NCBI RefSeq assembly: GCF_964204645.1
Contig: NC_134025.1
Location: forward strand, 28,934,299 to 28,998,298
Origin: Tubulanus polymorphus
Lineage: Eukaryota > Animalia > Nemertea
Length of the DNA: 64,000 bases
Direction: 5' to 3'
A program made the position numbers and the translations under genes. Below the pieces are notes generated by a model. It saw nothing but the letters and a program-made list of their open reading frames with translations. It did no database searches and was not told where the DNA came from. Positions 50,952 to 63,958 of this stretch are shown here, one piece after another (positions within the stretch are counted from its first letter, which is position 1; each line of letters begins with the position of its first letter).

Positions 50952-53900
50952 TCACAGACACGTTGCTTTACGCGAGTGCAGTATTTGCTGTATGAGTCTG
51001 TTAGGTTGACGTGCCGGCCAGGGAGGTGGAGGAACCGGAGGTGTTGTTTGCCCGCTAGCACTATTGCCCCCCGCTGGTCTAGCTGGTTGAAAGTACTGTT
51101 GCTCGCCCATCTGAAGTCTTCTCTGTAATGAATTAGCGAACCACATAGCTTCTTTCTCTGAAATAGGATAACAATGAATGTTTGATGATGGTACTAGTAG
51201 ACAGTGCACAATTATTGACACACGCGCTGGTAATACCTACCTGCTATTACGTGGCTATGGATTTCACCCAATGCTTCTATGACCAATCTACCGATTACGT
51301 CAAACGGAAGTGACTAGAATGGACGGTTAAAAAGGAGTAAAAATCAAAGTATCAATCACTACTGTGGCTAATTGGTAACTTGAAGTTTGAGGTGACATAC
51401 GATATGTTTGAAATGACACAGGCAGCTGGTTATACTGATCAGCTTCTCTTCCAATATTGATAATCTCATACGTTCGGTTTCGATGTTATTGAACTCGGAT
51501 TGAAGACTATCTCTATCCAAATCCAAACAATGGAACTTTCTCTCCAGATCATCTCGTTCCTGTGCGATAAAAGTTGCAAAAATCTCATTCATGTTTTTGA
51601 GTCAGTGAATATGTTGTATAAAATGACCCACAATTATTATCACATGTTATATGTATTAAATTGATTCCGATCCAGAGATTATTTACGATAGAAAACAGAA
51701 AACTTTAGGCACCTCTTTCACAGTCTCCAATTCATCTCTCAGATTATTCACTTGGTTTTGCAGACGTCTTGTTATAAAATCATCGACAATTATTGAAAAG
51801 TTTTCCAAACTGCGGGTGATGTTAGCGATCTCTTGGTCTTCTTTACAAACTGAAAATGATGACGCATATTTATTATTATTGGGAATATTATAATTATTGA
51901 AATTAATGACGTATTGAAAACCTACCGGGTACGATAGTCACTTCACTGCTTACGTCAAAACCTGGAATTTACATTTACAGCAAAGCAATTATTATATAGT
52001 ATTGTGAACAAAAAAGATATGTTTTACAATAAAACTCATGAAATAGAAATGATCTTACAATCGCTTTCACAATCTTCTGGAATCGCTTCAACACATCTCA
52101 GCGCGGGCGAGAGACTTCCTTCGCTACTTGGTGTCGGCGAGGACATCTTATTGCGAGATAGAGCACCTCTAAATAAACATATTTCAATTCTACACACTAC
52201 AATGTTACAAATAGTATTCATCCATTTGACAGAAATCAGATGTTATAGTAGTAACGTAAATGCATATCATCGCTTTTTATTCATGAAATATTAATTGAAA
52301 TTCTCCTCAATCAATTTTTAGATTATCGGCTTTTGTTTCATGTTGTATCATTGTAAACGGCTCGGGAGTTGTAACACTTAAATTATGAAACAAAATGAAA
52401 ACGTTACGTATGCGTATGTGTGTATTCAATGGTTAAACGCGAGCCTTCAATTGACAAATGTTGATTTCGTTTATCAGTGAATTTGTTTAGCAGAGGCGAT
52501 GCTGCAAAGCAAAGGCGACACTTTCCATTAATGTTAGTGAGTGAGATCCTCACCTTATCCAACAATCATGGAATCCACACGCCGAGCAAGTAAAAAACGA
52601 AACACTTTTTTTGCTTTTTCCATCCCAACCCTCCCCCGATACGACACACTTAGTTAATCATTTTACCAGTTGCTCGGATACAAAACCAAGTAAACGTATT
52701 TTCTGCAAAATAAACACCATAAACGCCGCACTAGGCGGATTTTCGGCATACACGATCGATATCGTGACTTATCTGACAATATTTGCCAGGATTTATTAGA
52801 TACGCCGAACATATGTCAGACAATGTCGGGGTGGATTTAATTAAAACAAAGTTAATGACCCAATAGCAGTGATCGCATTTCACTCGTTATCGCAGCTACC
52901 AGACACCTCTATATCATCCACCTCAATCATTTCTAATTTCTGAACAAAATCGATGACAGCGTTACCGCGAGACTGTCTCCGCCTGTTTGAATTCGGGAAA
53001 AAAATCTAAACCTATACATGTGTTTGCGTTTATACGTTTAATTTTGGTTTTATGAAATTCGCAGTTAATGCGTAAATTGGACCATATTTCCGTCATTGTT
53101 TACGTTATCCGTCAGTGTTCTGTATTCTGTCCACAGTTGATCACGATTCTGTCGATCGAATCGATGATTTGATTTACGTGTTCATTGCTTATTCCTATTG
53201 ATACGTATTTATTAAGGCGCAAGTATTAATAAAGAATAGGGTTTAGTGGTATTTCATGTATAGACGTTAGTAGTGTACTACGCTTTTTTCAAATACGGTC
53301 CATTATATATCTATTCTATATGTTTTCATTATCTGTAATGAATTTTGGACGCGTAGACAAATACTTGAAACTTAATATTTTTTTCACGGTTATCAAAGAA
53401 TTTCAAAGGTGAAGTGGTGAAATAAAATCGAAAATCAACGAAACAGGATTTCGAAGAGGTTTTCGATCGAAGTGATTACATAGGTTAGCCAATATAGTGT
53501 GTACATCCTACAGGATGAAATTATACGATAATAACCAAATTTACAAAAACCTTGTTTTATTGTAGAAAATCCAAAAGTCTAAACTTCAAGTTAATGGATA
53601 TACAATGATGTATTTGGTAGAAAAAAAAACAATCGTCACCCGCACTAACAATTAACTATTAATTATTATTATAGTTAATCCCACAAACGACTAGTATTTG
53701 GATTCCCTAAAACGATTTTCAACACGATATTTAAAAGAACTTACCGTTTGTGTATAATCTTCCGTTGAAGATCAGCCAATCGTGATGCAATTTTCGGAAG
53801 TTCTAGCGCTTTATTTTCCAACAACTTCACTTTACCGATACTGTCCCTCAATAAGTGACTTATACGCGCGCAAATATCAACCATACGTTTTATATGAAAC

Positions 53901-54481
53901 ACCAGTCCTTTATTCGTCTGTACAGAATCGTAAAAACTATGTCGGGTCGAATTCAACTCCTTCTGTAAGACTGAAATCAATTCGAGCGGGTTAGCGCCGG
54001 TATTCACGGTAGATTTAAGCAAGTAATCATCATTGAATTGCCGTGTAACTGTAGCGCTACTTGCCGCTGAATTCTCGGTAAGCAGGCCATTATGGCCAAT
54101 TTCGCTGTCACCATTCCGTTCCAGGTCGAGAGTATGGCAAACATATGGCTTAGAAATCTTATAGTTCGCTGTACCAACTTTGCTTCCAATAACATCAACT
54201 GACTGATTAGCTTTACATTCTTCTTGTTCCGTCTGTTCAGCAACTTCGGTATCCTGCTTATTATTCTCGTCTTTGTCCCCGTTATTCAAAACTAAAGCAG
54301 TTGTAGATTCATTTTTCTCATCAATCGTGTTCAGGTCACCCGCTTTCTGCGAGTCAACCAGAAGAAGATTCAAGTCGCAGTCGCTTAATTCAGTAAATTT
54401 CGGAAACGCTGTCAAACAATTTGACAGTAGAGAATAAGTGACGTCGAGACTGAGCGGTCCGTGCACCGATTCGGTAGCCAT
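50952..54481 (-). CDS. Uncharacterised 485-aa coiled-coil protein with C-terminal polyproline motif, 7 exons
   Basis: Exons 54481-53745, 52168-52059, 51961-51926, 51849-51713, 51559-51401, 51313-51241 and 51157-50952 have GT-AG borders and compatible phases, and sum to 1458 nt with no internal stop. Confidence 0.75.
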
Positions 54482-55248
54482 ACCGGTATCCAGTTCTTTA
54501 TAGAAAACACTTCTGTAATACGTATGTACAGAACGTCAAAAAGGAACGCTTTATTCAATGCAGTTTCTTGCAAATTCTCTATTGTAAGCACGCTGTCATT
54601 CGGTTTCAGCTTCTGTAAAATGAGTGTTGCTCATCCAGGGTCCGATGTGAGAGCTAATTAGAATAAACACGACTCATCACGAAGATAACAGCACTTTCAT
54701 CGGACGCTGTTAGATATCCGTCAATCTTATCAGGCCATCTATTTGACAGTAAATATGCTGAGTCATCGTATCACACACGAGACAGATAATCCAACTCTAT
54801 AGACCTCTGACTGATGAGGTCCCCGAAGAATTATAATTACGTTTGAAACAAAAATCACTCTTGTTATTCAGCGTCGGCCAGTGAATATTTGCGTTTCGAC
54901 AAAAATATTCACTCTCAGTTCATTCGAAGCGTCCCAATAACATCCAGTTCTAGATGATTTTTAGAATAAATCATTGGGTCGATATAAACTGAAACAAATC
55001 TATGTATATTATCTAATCTAATCTATCTGCGGGAGTGTGGAGAGGGGATTTGCCATTGTTTGCCTCGTTTATCTCGGCCGTTAATATCAATATTTCATAA
55101 AATTCAGCTTTCGGAGGAAAAACATTCAACACCAGCCACGCGAGTTTATAAAATGAATAATTCATCATCTTGCCACCACTGAGAAGATGTATATCTTGAT
55201 AATTTTCGAAATTTCTTCATTCATCTTTTCACAGTTGGTTGAGCGAGA

Positions 55249-56293
55249 ATGAAGTTTGAACGCATTCTTTTCCTCGGCGTTTATCTATTCAATATTGATC
55301 ACGGATTTGAAGGTGGGTATACAACTACCAGCGCAATCAATGATAGAACTATTAATTCTTTGTTGCTCTTCATATCATTTTTTAGATTCGGATATATATT
55401 TCAGTGTTTTTTTTCAGAAGTTCTTGGATTACAGTGCGATGAAAGAATAATCTATAGTAATGGCCCCAAATTTACAGATAGTTGTCCTGGTAATTGGGTC
55501 GTAGTTCTGTGCTCATGCGAGCCAATGGTTAAATACTGTTTAGGCAGTGAATTCATTGGAGAAAGTAGTTGCAGGGTATATGGATATAAACACATGCAAA
55601 TTTCCGTAAGTTTGGATATTTTTAAAAATTGTGAAAAACTGTCGTCATTCATATGGAAAACAGTTCCGCAGTTGGAATTTAGAATATTTGAAATAACCTG
55701 ATTTTTTTCTAAGTCAAAACCATAACTGTGCAACTGGATCGTTGAGTTTTGATACTGAATGATTTTACAGATGAGAATTCAATGCTGCAAACCAGACCAG
55801 TTTTATACAACCGATGTCTCATCAACGAAACAAAAACAGGAACCGACTTTAAAATGTCCCGACGCCACTAGAATACTTGGATGCACCGCGTATGACTCAC
55901 AATTTCAGTACGTATTCTTTTATCGTCCCCATACTATAGAAAAATGTTTATATGCAGGTTTTCAATTTTGACCGTGAAAATAGTGTGTTTTACGATTTTG
56001 AATTGATATAATGATTAAACAAAGCCTAACGAAATATTTCATAGTAGCTAATCTTTTATTTGAGAGATATAACAATATATTGTTTCATATTCAAATAAAC
56101 AATCCATGTATTTCATAATAAATTAAGGCTTATTCATAGTGACCACGAGCAAGGTTTGGAGAGTTACAATGAAAATCGCACAGTTCCCGTTATAAATATC
56201 AGGATAGAAGATGGTACATGTGAGATAACAGAGTGTCAATACTGTGAGGCGATCGTCAGGTGTATGACAGGTAAATTCCATCATTCAATTTGA
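55249..56293 (+). CDS. Small, probably secreted Cys-rich protein (~180 aa) with resistin/PCSK9-C-terminal-like modules, 4 exons; 3' end uncertain
   Basis: Exons 55249-55312, 55418-55605, 55771-55907 and 56140-56293 join in frame: MKFERILFLGVYLF...VLGLQC...SCPGNWVVVLCSCEPMVKYCLGSEFIGESSC...IQCCK...KCPDATRILGCTAY...GTCEITECQYCEAIVRC. Confidence 0.7.
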
Positions 56294-56431
56294 GTTGATA
56301 CATTTCTAAATTAAAGACTGATGAAATGTCTCATTTGAATTCATACTCGTTCATATATCATTATACTCTACCATGTTCTTGATAAGTCACCTGCTCACGT
56401 GTCAAGTAAAAACAGAAAGGTAAATATATCT

Positions 56432-57109
56432 TTACTTCAATTTTAGATAATAATGATAAACCATTATTCTCCAAAACACGTACAGTCGTTCACTCTTTAT
56501 GGATTTCAATTCGAAATTCAACGATTCATAAAACCTTTTTAAGTTCACCAAAACGCTTGCGTAGGCTTCCGCGTGAATAGCTGTATACCCCTTCGATCGA
56601 CAATATTCAACGCATTCGTTTACGAAATATTTTCCGAGTTTTCGTCCGCGAAATTCTTCCCGCAAACACAGTTTTTCGATATGTGCGATTTTATGATTCT
56701 CGTTATTTTCGTGTCGCAATATTCCACAGCATCCGATGACTTTTTCGCGATAGATCATCACCAAGAAGTCAGTGTCCGATTTGCTTTGATAAAAACCTTT
56801 GATTTCATTAGCGTTTTGGAAATCGACCGTAACGTACCACATAATGAAAACCAACCAGTAAAGATAAAGAATTATCAATGACCCAAAAATCATCATGAAC
56901 ACTTTCAATAATGATATCGAGCCGATCCAAGACGAAATAATGGCGAGAATAGAAATGAATAAAACTCTGACGGTCGGAGCTACGTTAATGATATCGTTTT
57001 TGACATAAGACGGAACCGTTACAAGATGCGCTGAGCGTAAAATCCTCCTGACTTCATGTTTATCTTTCTCTTCGAAGGGTCGAATCGTTACCTGGGAGAC
57101 GTTATCCAT
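56432..57109 (-). CDS. NAT8/camello-like membrane-associated GNAT N-acetyltransferase
   Basis: TIRPFEEKDKHEVRRI N-terminus; long hydrophobic insert; VIGCCGI; acetyl-CoA motif A LCLREEFRGRKLGKYFV; motif B RFYESLNF. Confidence 0.85.
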   Translation of the reverse strand: MDNVSQVTIRPFEEKDKHEVRRILRSAHLVTVPSYVKNDIINVAPTVRVLFISILAIISSWIGSISLLKVFMMIFGSLIILYLYWLVFIMWYVTVDFQNANEIKGFYQSKSDTDFLVMIYREKVIGCCGILRHENNENHKIAHIEKLCLREEFRGRKLGKYFVNECVEYCRSKGYTAIHAEAYASVLVNLKRFYESLNFELKSIKSERLYVFWRIMVYHYYLKLK

Positions 57110-57750
57110 TTGTATCTACGGTGGTCTGAAAATCATGAAAAAAGCTTTCGACCACCGAACGAAACGAAAGAACAATAGTATTTTCAAACAATAAATGGAA
57201 TTTAAACTACTGAACGTTTTCAAGTGCAAAGATAAAAAGTGGTCTGATATAATCAATTTCTACCTCTAAGTGTTCAATCTAGTGAGGGATTCCTGTTTAT
57301 AGCACGTTTCTGCGATAAGAAAAAACTTACCGATAATGCATCCGATAAACTATTAAATTTGAATTTTTCATACAAACCTAAATATCCCGGGAGAATAATT
57401 GTATTATGTATTTGTAAGATTTGCGTTCGTACAGCTATATTCACTTAGAATATGACTTGATATATCCTAATAACAATATCTCCAGAGATAATCTTGAATT
57501 GATTAGATTGCAAAGCTACGTAAGTTTAAAATCCAATCGATAAAAATGTCCATATTTGATATCGTATCCGTATTGATTCAACAGGAGTATATAGTTTCAA
57601 ACTGGAAAAACAGACGTTTTCATTCCAATCAATATCTAAATTCTCCGATAATAAAACATTGATAATTATGGAGCTAGATTTTTAGCGTATATGTTTTATA
57701 TATGAGGAAGAACGTAGATTTTCATTGAAGACGAATTTAGTGATTGGATC

Positions 57751-58815
57751 ATGTTAACTGCGCAGAACACGACAACATCGCGTAGTTTGTGGCAACCCGA
57801 CCCGCGATGTGGAAAGAAGACAGGCCTACACCCGATCTCCGAGCTTTCAACCGACATTTATTATCGCTATCAGCTATCAATTACTATTCTTCGAATTGTT
57901 CTTTACACAATAGGAATTTTTGCTAATTTCTTTTCGTTTTTGGTTTTAAACTTAATGTCGCTTCGAGGAAGCAGTGTGGTATATCTGAGATGTTTAGCGG
58001 TATCAGATATGGTCACCTGTATCACAGCGGTTTTTGGGCGCCCACTATTTTGGTTGTACAGGCGAACGCGACATTTCGACCATCTCAAGAATAAACCTTA
58101 TATTCACATGTTGTTCTATCCACATTATTTTATCATCGATTCTCTATATCGAAGTTCCAGGCTCGTAAGTGGATTTTTTTTACTGACTTTGTCCGTTGAT
58201 CGCTTCATCGCCATCAGAAAGCCTTTACTCGCGCGACGGTTGTGTTCTGAGGAAAAAGCAAAAAAGACGGCTGTTGCTGTGATGTTGGTGACGTCAGCCT
58301 TATGCATTCCTAAATTCTGGGATATCAGAGTTTACAAGTGTTTGCACAAATTCAGTGGCATTCCATTCGTTTCAGCAAAAGCTCACATCGTACGTAATCC
58401 GACTTATGCTTTATGGTACGATGTAGTTCTCACTAAAGTTGTATTAACTACGTTCCCTGGTATTGGAATACTTTGCTGCAACTTGCTAATGTTGAGTACA
58501 ATTCGTAAAGCAACATCCAAAAGAACGAATCTATCAATTTCAACAGAAAAAACGGACACGAAACAAGGCCAACAAATAACCAAAGTAATCATTGTTTTAT
58601 CTTCTATTTATCTTCTATCAAATATGTTTGATATTTTGAACACGTTCTCGTGGCTTTTGCCAGTTCTATTGAAGTATCGTCCAGTAGAGGTTGGGAACTT
58701 GCTTCTTTGTGTCAATTCTGTAATAAACTTTTTCGTTTATCTCGTTATCCGTCGCGGTTTTGCGAAAACATTTCTGTGGTGTATAACGTGTTCACTGATA
58801 GAAAAACCTCGCTAG
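57751..58815 (+). CDS. Intronless class A GPCR (FMRFamide-receptor-like / invertebrate chemoreceptor-like), copy 1
   Basis: Seven hydrophobic segments; GIFAN (TM1), YLRCLAVSD (TM2), LSVDRFIAIRKPL (TM3), NSVINFFVY (TM7). Confidence 0.9.
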   Translation: MLTAQNTTTSRSLWQPDPRCGKKTGLHPISELSTDIYYRYQLSITILRIVLYTIGIFANFFSFLVLNLMSLRGSSVVYLRCLAVSDMVTCITAVFGRPLFWLYRRTRHFDHLKNKPYIHMLFYPHYFIIDSLYRSSRLVSGFFLLTLSVDRFIAIRKPLLARRLCSEEKAKKTAVAVMLVTSALCIPKFWDIRVYKCLHKFSGIPFVSAKAHIVRNPTYALWYDVVLTKVVLTTFPGIGILCCNLLMLSTIRKATSKRTNLSISTEKTDTKQGQQITKVIIVLSSIYLLSNMFDILNTFSWLLPVLLKYRPVEVGNLLLCVNSVINFFVYLVIRRGFAKTFLWCITCSLIEKPR

Positions 58816-59920
58816 TAAATATGCAGAAAAAACCAAAACAATGAGTTTTTCATGTTTTAATGTATATCATCATTAATGATTTAGTTAACCGTATTTTGTT
58901 GCCAATTTGCTTGTTGTATCACAACTTCGGACATTAATACACTTTTCTCTGTTGTCGAAGAGATGAAATGTCATTTGTATATTCATTCACACATAAAGAA
59001 CGACAGAAGCAATGATACACAACCCAAAAACATCTACAATTTCCTCAAATTTACATATCCGGTTTAAAATGTGGTGACATTAACAAATTTAACAATTTAT
59101 GTAACACGTTGCAGCAACATTCAATTTACACGTGACGTTTTAGCGGCGGCTTTGAATAACATAGATATTCCAATCTACTAAAAGTTTAAAGCAAAGTATA
59201 CAGATTAATGCATGCATGATTGACGTTCGGATAAATTGGGATTAATGGACACATTAGATATAGACATTCTGAGAACAACAAAAAAGATAAATAAGCGATA
59301 CTAATATTTTACAAATCGTGTACGTTGAATACTCGCTGTGCACAAATACAACGACAGTTTTGACTTCACGTTCATGGGGGTTTCGCTCTCAGACGAGACA
59401 GGCCCATCCTGTAATTTGCTGCGATATTTGCATTCAAGAATATGGCTAATGAGTGAAAATCCCAGGAAACGCCATAATCAAAATCTAGAAAATAACCAAG
59501 TTATAGTTTTTTTGGAATCGGCAAAATCAACGGAATTATATTTTTCTAGTTTCATACCAGATGAAAATCCATGATTTGATTTTGTAGCAGGAAGTTAATT
59601 TCAACTACGACTGACCATCATGAATTGATCTGAACGAAGCGTATTCAAAACATCATTACATGTACCGCGGTATGATAGAAAGTTGAATGATCGATCAATA
59701 TCATAATGAAGCCATGAAACACCTTTTGCACCGATATGAATAAAGAATTTGCAACGAACGATTTGACAACCACACAACGATTAGTATCTAAAAGTATTCA
59801 AACGACCTCTCCAGCTCTGAAAATTAATAGAAAATACGTGTGAACGTGCAGCACAAATAGATATATTCTACTACACCGGACTTAATAGACGTATGAAGGT
59901 GATTGTAATCTGATTGGATC

Positions 59921-60985
59921 ATGTCAGCAACGAAGAATACGACATTCTCTGATGGTAGTGTGTGGCATCCTGACCCGCGATGTGGCAAAACGATGCATCC
60001 GCTCTCCGAGTTTTCAACCACAGACTCTTATTATCGCTATCAACTATCAATGATTCTTCTTCGTACTTTTCTATACCCGATCGGTTTTTTTGCTAATTTC
60101 TTTTCGTTTGTGGTTTTGAGCGTGATGTCGCTTCGCGGAAGCAGTGTGGTATATCTGAGATGTTTAGCGGTATCAGATATGGTCACCTGTATTTCAGCGG
60201 TTTTTGGGCGCCCGCTATTTTGGTTGTACAGGCGAACGCGATATTTCGACCATCTCAAGAATAAACCTTATATTCACATGTTGTTCTATCCACATTTCTT
60301 CATTGTGGATTCCATTTATCAAAGTTCCATGCACGTAAGTGGAATGTTTTTACTGGCTTTGTCCGTTGATCGCTTCATCGCCATCAGAAAGCCTTTGCTC
60401 GCGCGACGGTTGTGCTCTGAGGAAAAAGCAAAAAAGACGGCTGTTGGTGTAATGTTGGTGACGTCAGCCTTATGCATTCCTAAATTCTGGGATATCAGAG
60501 TTTACAAGCGTTTACACAAATGTACTGGTATTTTATTCGTTACTGTAAAAGCTTACATTGTACATAATCCGACTTATGCTTTATGGTACGATGTAATTCT
60601 CACTAAAGTTGTACTTACTACGTTCCCTGGTCTGATCATACTTTCCTGTAACCTGCTCATGTTGGATACAATTCGTAAAGCAACATCCGAAAGAACGAAT
60701 CTTTCGAATTCAACAGAAAAACCGGACACGAAACAAGGCCAACAAATAACCAAAGTAATCATTGTATTAGCTACGATATATCTTGTATCAGCCCTATTCG
60801 ATTGCTACAACACGTTCTCGTGGTTTTCGCCAGTTTTATTGAAGTATCGTCCAGTAGAGGTTGGGAACTTGCTTCTTTGTGTCAATTCTGTAATAAATTT
60901 TTTCGTCTATCTCGCCATTCGTCGCGGTTTTGCGAAAACATTTCTATGGTGTATAACTTGTACACTTCTTGGTAAATCTGGTTAG
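59921..60985 (+). CDS. Intronless class A GPCR, tandem paralog, copy 2
   Basis: Same length (354 aa) and motifs as copy 1, with long blocks of near-identical DNA. Confidence 0.9.
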   Translation: MSATKNTTFSDGSVWHPDPRCGKTMHPLSEFSTTDSYYRYQLSMILLRTFLYPIGFFANFFSFVVLSVMSLRGSSVVYLRCLAVSDMVTCISAVFGRPLFWLYRRTRYFDHLKNKPYIHMLFYPHFFIVDSIYQSSMHVSGMFLLALSVDRFIAIRKPLLARRLCSEEKAKKTAVGVMLVTSALCIPKFWDIRVYKRLHKCTGILFVTVKAYIVHNPTYALWYDVILTKVVLTTFPGLIILSCNLLMLDTIRKATSERTNLSNSTEKPDTKQGQQITKVIIVLATIYLVSALFDCYNTFSWFSPVLLKYRPVEVGNLLLCVNSVINFFVYLAIRRGFAKTFLWCITCTLLGKSG

Positions 60986-61718
60986 CAAGAAACACAATAT
61001 CCTTCAATTGAACTCATTGTGATTACTTTATAAAGAAGATCGGCCCGTCTATCTGTCAAAATGATGCACATGACGAACAATCCGCGACCCTTGTCGCAAG
61101 GAGGTAATTACAAATAAAGATATAAAGAAATTCATCATCATACCATGCTGGCAGCAGACTCAAACATATCTAATATAGTCACATTCGCAAAGCAATTTCA
61201 GAGTTGTATTTTCAATTCACCGGTACCCGTCGTTCAAAGATATTTAGCGTATTAAATACACAATAGTTTTGAAACGTGTCCTTCAAGCAACATTTATAGA
61301 TTTTACTTCGCATTGGAAATCTGATTTAGAAAATTACTTCGATAGTTTTGGAACAATATAGGCTATATACACGGAATCTATCTGAACATGTTACCAAGTA
61401 GATTTAATCCTAATCAAATAAGCACATTTCATTGTAATCCACGCATGAAAATATCGATGCTAGATTCAGTGAATTCTTTCAGTCAAATGTCTATTGATTT
61501 ATCATTATAATATACTCGCATAGGAGAGTAAGATTGAGAACAAAGGTGTGCTAAAGCTGTCGGATCTCTAATAGCCGGTGTAGCTCTACTAAATAATCTA
61601 TAGTTTCACCTGTTATTTATCAGACCAGCTAGACCTCTTGATCTAACTCTTAACTATTTACACAGGTAGTTCTCCATCCGTAAGTTAACCTTCGTTCTGA
61701 ACTCGCCCAGTAAGCACC

Positions 61719-63958
61719 ATGCCGCTGAGTTGCTGGCATATAACACTTGTAGTTTTTACCCAGCTGTATATTGTTCCATCTTGTCTTCAATATGAAGGAG
61801 TTACAGCACAAGAAACCGACTATGTTTCAGGTAAATTTTTAGACTAATATCTGGAATGTACTTGTTTCAAATAGCAGGCCCTTTCTGACAATAACTAGAA
61901 TATCATTACTAGTGTCAGTGTGACTCATCATTGGAATATGAACATGACGGCCATTCATTGATCATGAATCAAATGATGAAATAATTACTAATTCAATATG
62001 ATATCTTGGATTTTTTTGAATTTTACTAAGAATATACGTATGCTATATAGGCCCTAGATATTGTTTTCGTTGAAAACGACCGGCACAAGAATAAATCATG
62101 ATAAATCTGTTGTGAGTCAAGTGTTCTGATAATATTATCTAAAATAACCATTCGGCACACGCGATGTTATTTGCTTTTTGTTTCATTGAATAAACGTTCT
62201 CAAGTGAACGTGAACGAATTTTATACCTTGGTTCAGTAGCAGGTGCTCGGATCATAAAATAAATATCGCCGCACTTGTTTGATAAAGGTCACGTTGTACG
62301 GTACACAATCCCACAATGAAAAGTAAACACCTATTTTGGTAAGAGGATTATTTAGTACCATACTTGAAAAATCTCAAACCCGGTGTTTATTTTAACTCAA
62401 TGTGGGATTTTTAGGCCCAGTCCACTTTAGGATAAAAATCAACTACTTCACGCTTGATGTTATGATAAACGAGTTTGAATCATCCTTATCCACAGGTCTA
62501 TACCTGGATATGTAAATATCGTATACATATATTTGTTATTGTTCAGCCTCAAACCGTGTTGCAGTCCTAGAAGCAGATATCAGGCGACTTTACGAAGATG
62601 TACTCAACTTGAAATCCGAGGTGAAATGAGATTCATATGAAACATTCAAAACCCCCTTTACAGCAGAACTAACTCAGTCCATATCCATGTCATTGTAGAA
62701 TCGACAGTTGCATCTACGATTGTATAATCTTGAACAATGCGCGTGCAAAAACGTTACTTCATCAGTTTTACCGAAATCATGCAAGTTTCGATTGAAAGAA
62801 ATTAAACACGGTGATGAACTTTTGGACGGGTGTACTAGATGCATCTGCCAGGTAAGAAATGATGGTATATTCTACCATTTTGTTTGGGGGATAAATGTGA
62901 CCTGCATTCAAAAGCGGAACGGTATGTATTTTGTAGAACGGTCGAATGCGTTGCGAAAAAGATCGAAATCCCAACTCGAATTGCCATGATGTAGGAGCAT
63001 GTATACACCAAGGACGTCAGCACGATAATGGCAGTATTGTCGAGACAAGTGATTCATGCTCGACCTGTAAATGCATCTCCAGTGAAATCATCTGCCAGAA
63101 TGTACCCTGCCCTCAACTTCACTGTTCCAATCCAAAATACATTCGGGGAAAATGTTGTCCGGTGTGCGAAGGTATTTAGAACACCGAAATTCACTCAATC
63201 AGAAGTTACATATCCCACTAATAACAGAATTTATCTATCATATTAGCACCAGAATTATATTGTACTCGTGACGGAAAAGTATATGCGAATCGAGAGAGTT
63301 TCTTTCCGACTAAATGTAATAAGTGCACTTGCCTACACGGAAGAGTCAGTTGCAACGCCGTGCTGTGCCCAGCCCTTACGTGTTTGCATCCATTAGAAAT
63401 AATTAATCAGTGCTGCCCATCCTGTGCAGGTAAATCCCACCGCATTATACTGACATTTATCCATCAAGAAAAAAGAGCTGCATAGTTCGCACGATTCTTT
63501 GTCATTATCACCAGGTTGTACTAAGGATGGACAGGACTATAAGAATGGTGAAACATGGAGATCGGTTTGTAATGAATGCATTTGTAGAAATGGCACTGTA
63601 ACGTGTAGAGGTCAGCAATGTCCACAAGTTTACTGTACTCATCCAGTTACTCCAGCTGGTGAATGCTGTCCCGTGTGTGACAAAGGTATGAAATAGTACT
63701 TTCTTTATAAATAGAAGTGTATAAAACCGCGTACTGAAATATTCATGTAGTATATATTTTGTTGTTGTTGTTGTTGTTGTATAGATTGTAATTATCTGGG
63801 ACAGAGATGGAGGCACGGTGACCAGGTTCCCAATAAAGGCTGTCAGACGTGTAAATGTTTAGAAAGTAGTATAACATGTAGAGATATCTCCTGTGAAATA
63901 CCGAACTGTAAGGATCCAGTACAGTTACCTGGTAAATGCTGTCCAAGTTGTCACGATG
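61719..63958 (+). CDS. Kielin/chordin-like protein, 5' portion (continues beyond window)
   Basis: Signal MPLSCWHITLVVFTQLYIVPSCL; coiled coil LEADIRRLYEDVLNLKSENRQLHLRLYNLEQCAC like the KCP N-terminus; then tandem VWC repeats (CxxCxC...CCPxC), one per exon. Confidence 0.88.

Noticed and set aside
54802-54850. CTGATGAG...GAAAC as a hammerhead ribozyme
   Set aside because: No stem II closes before GAAA; only a short gacctc/gaggtc hairpin that would sequester the core.
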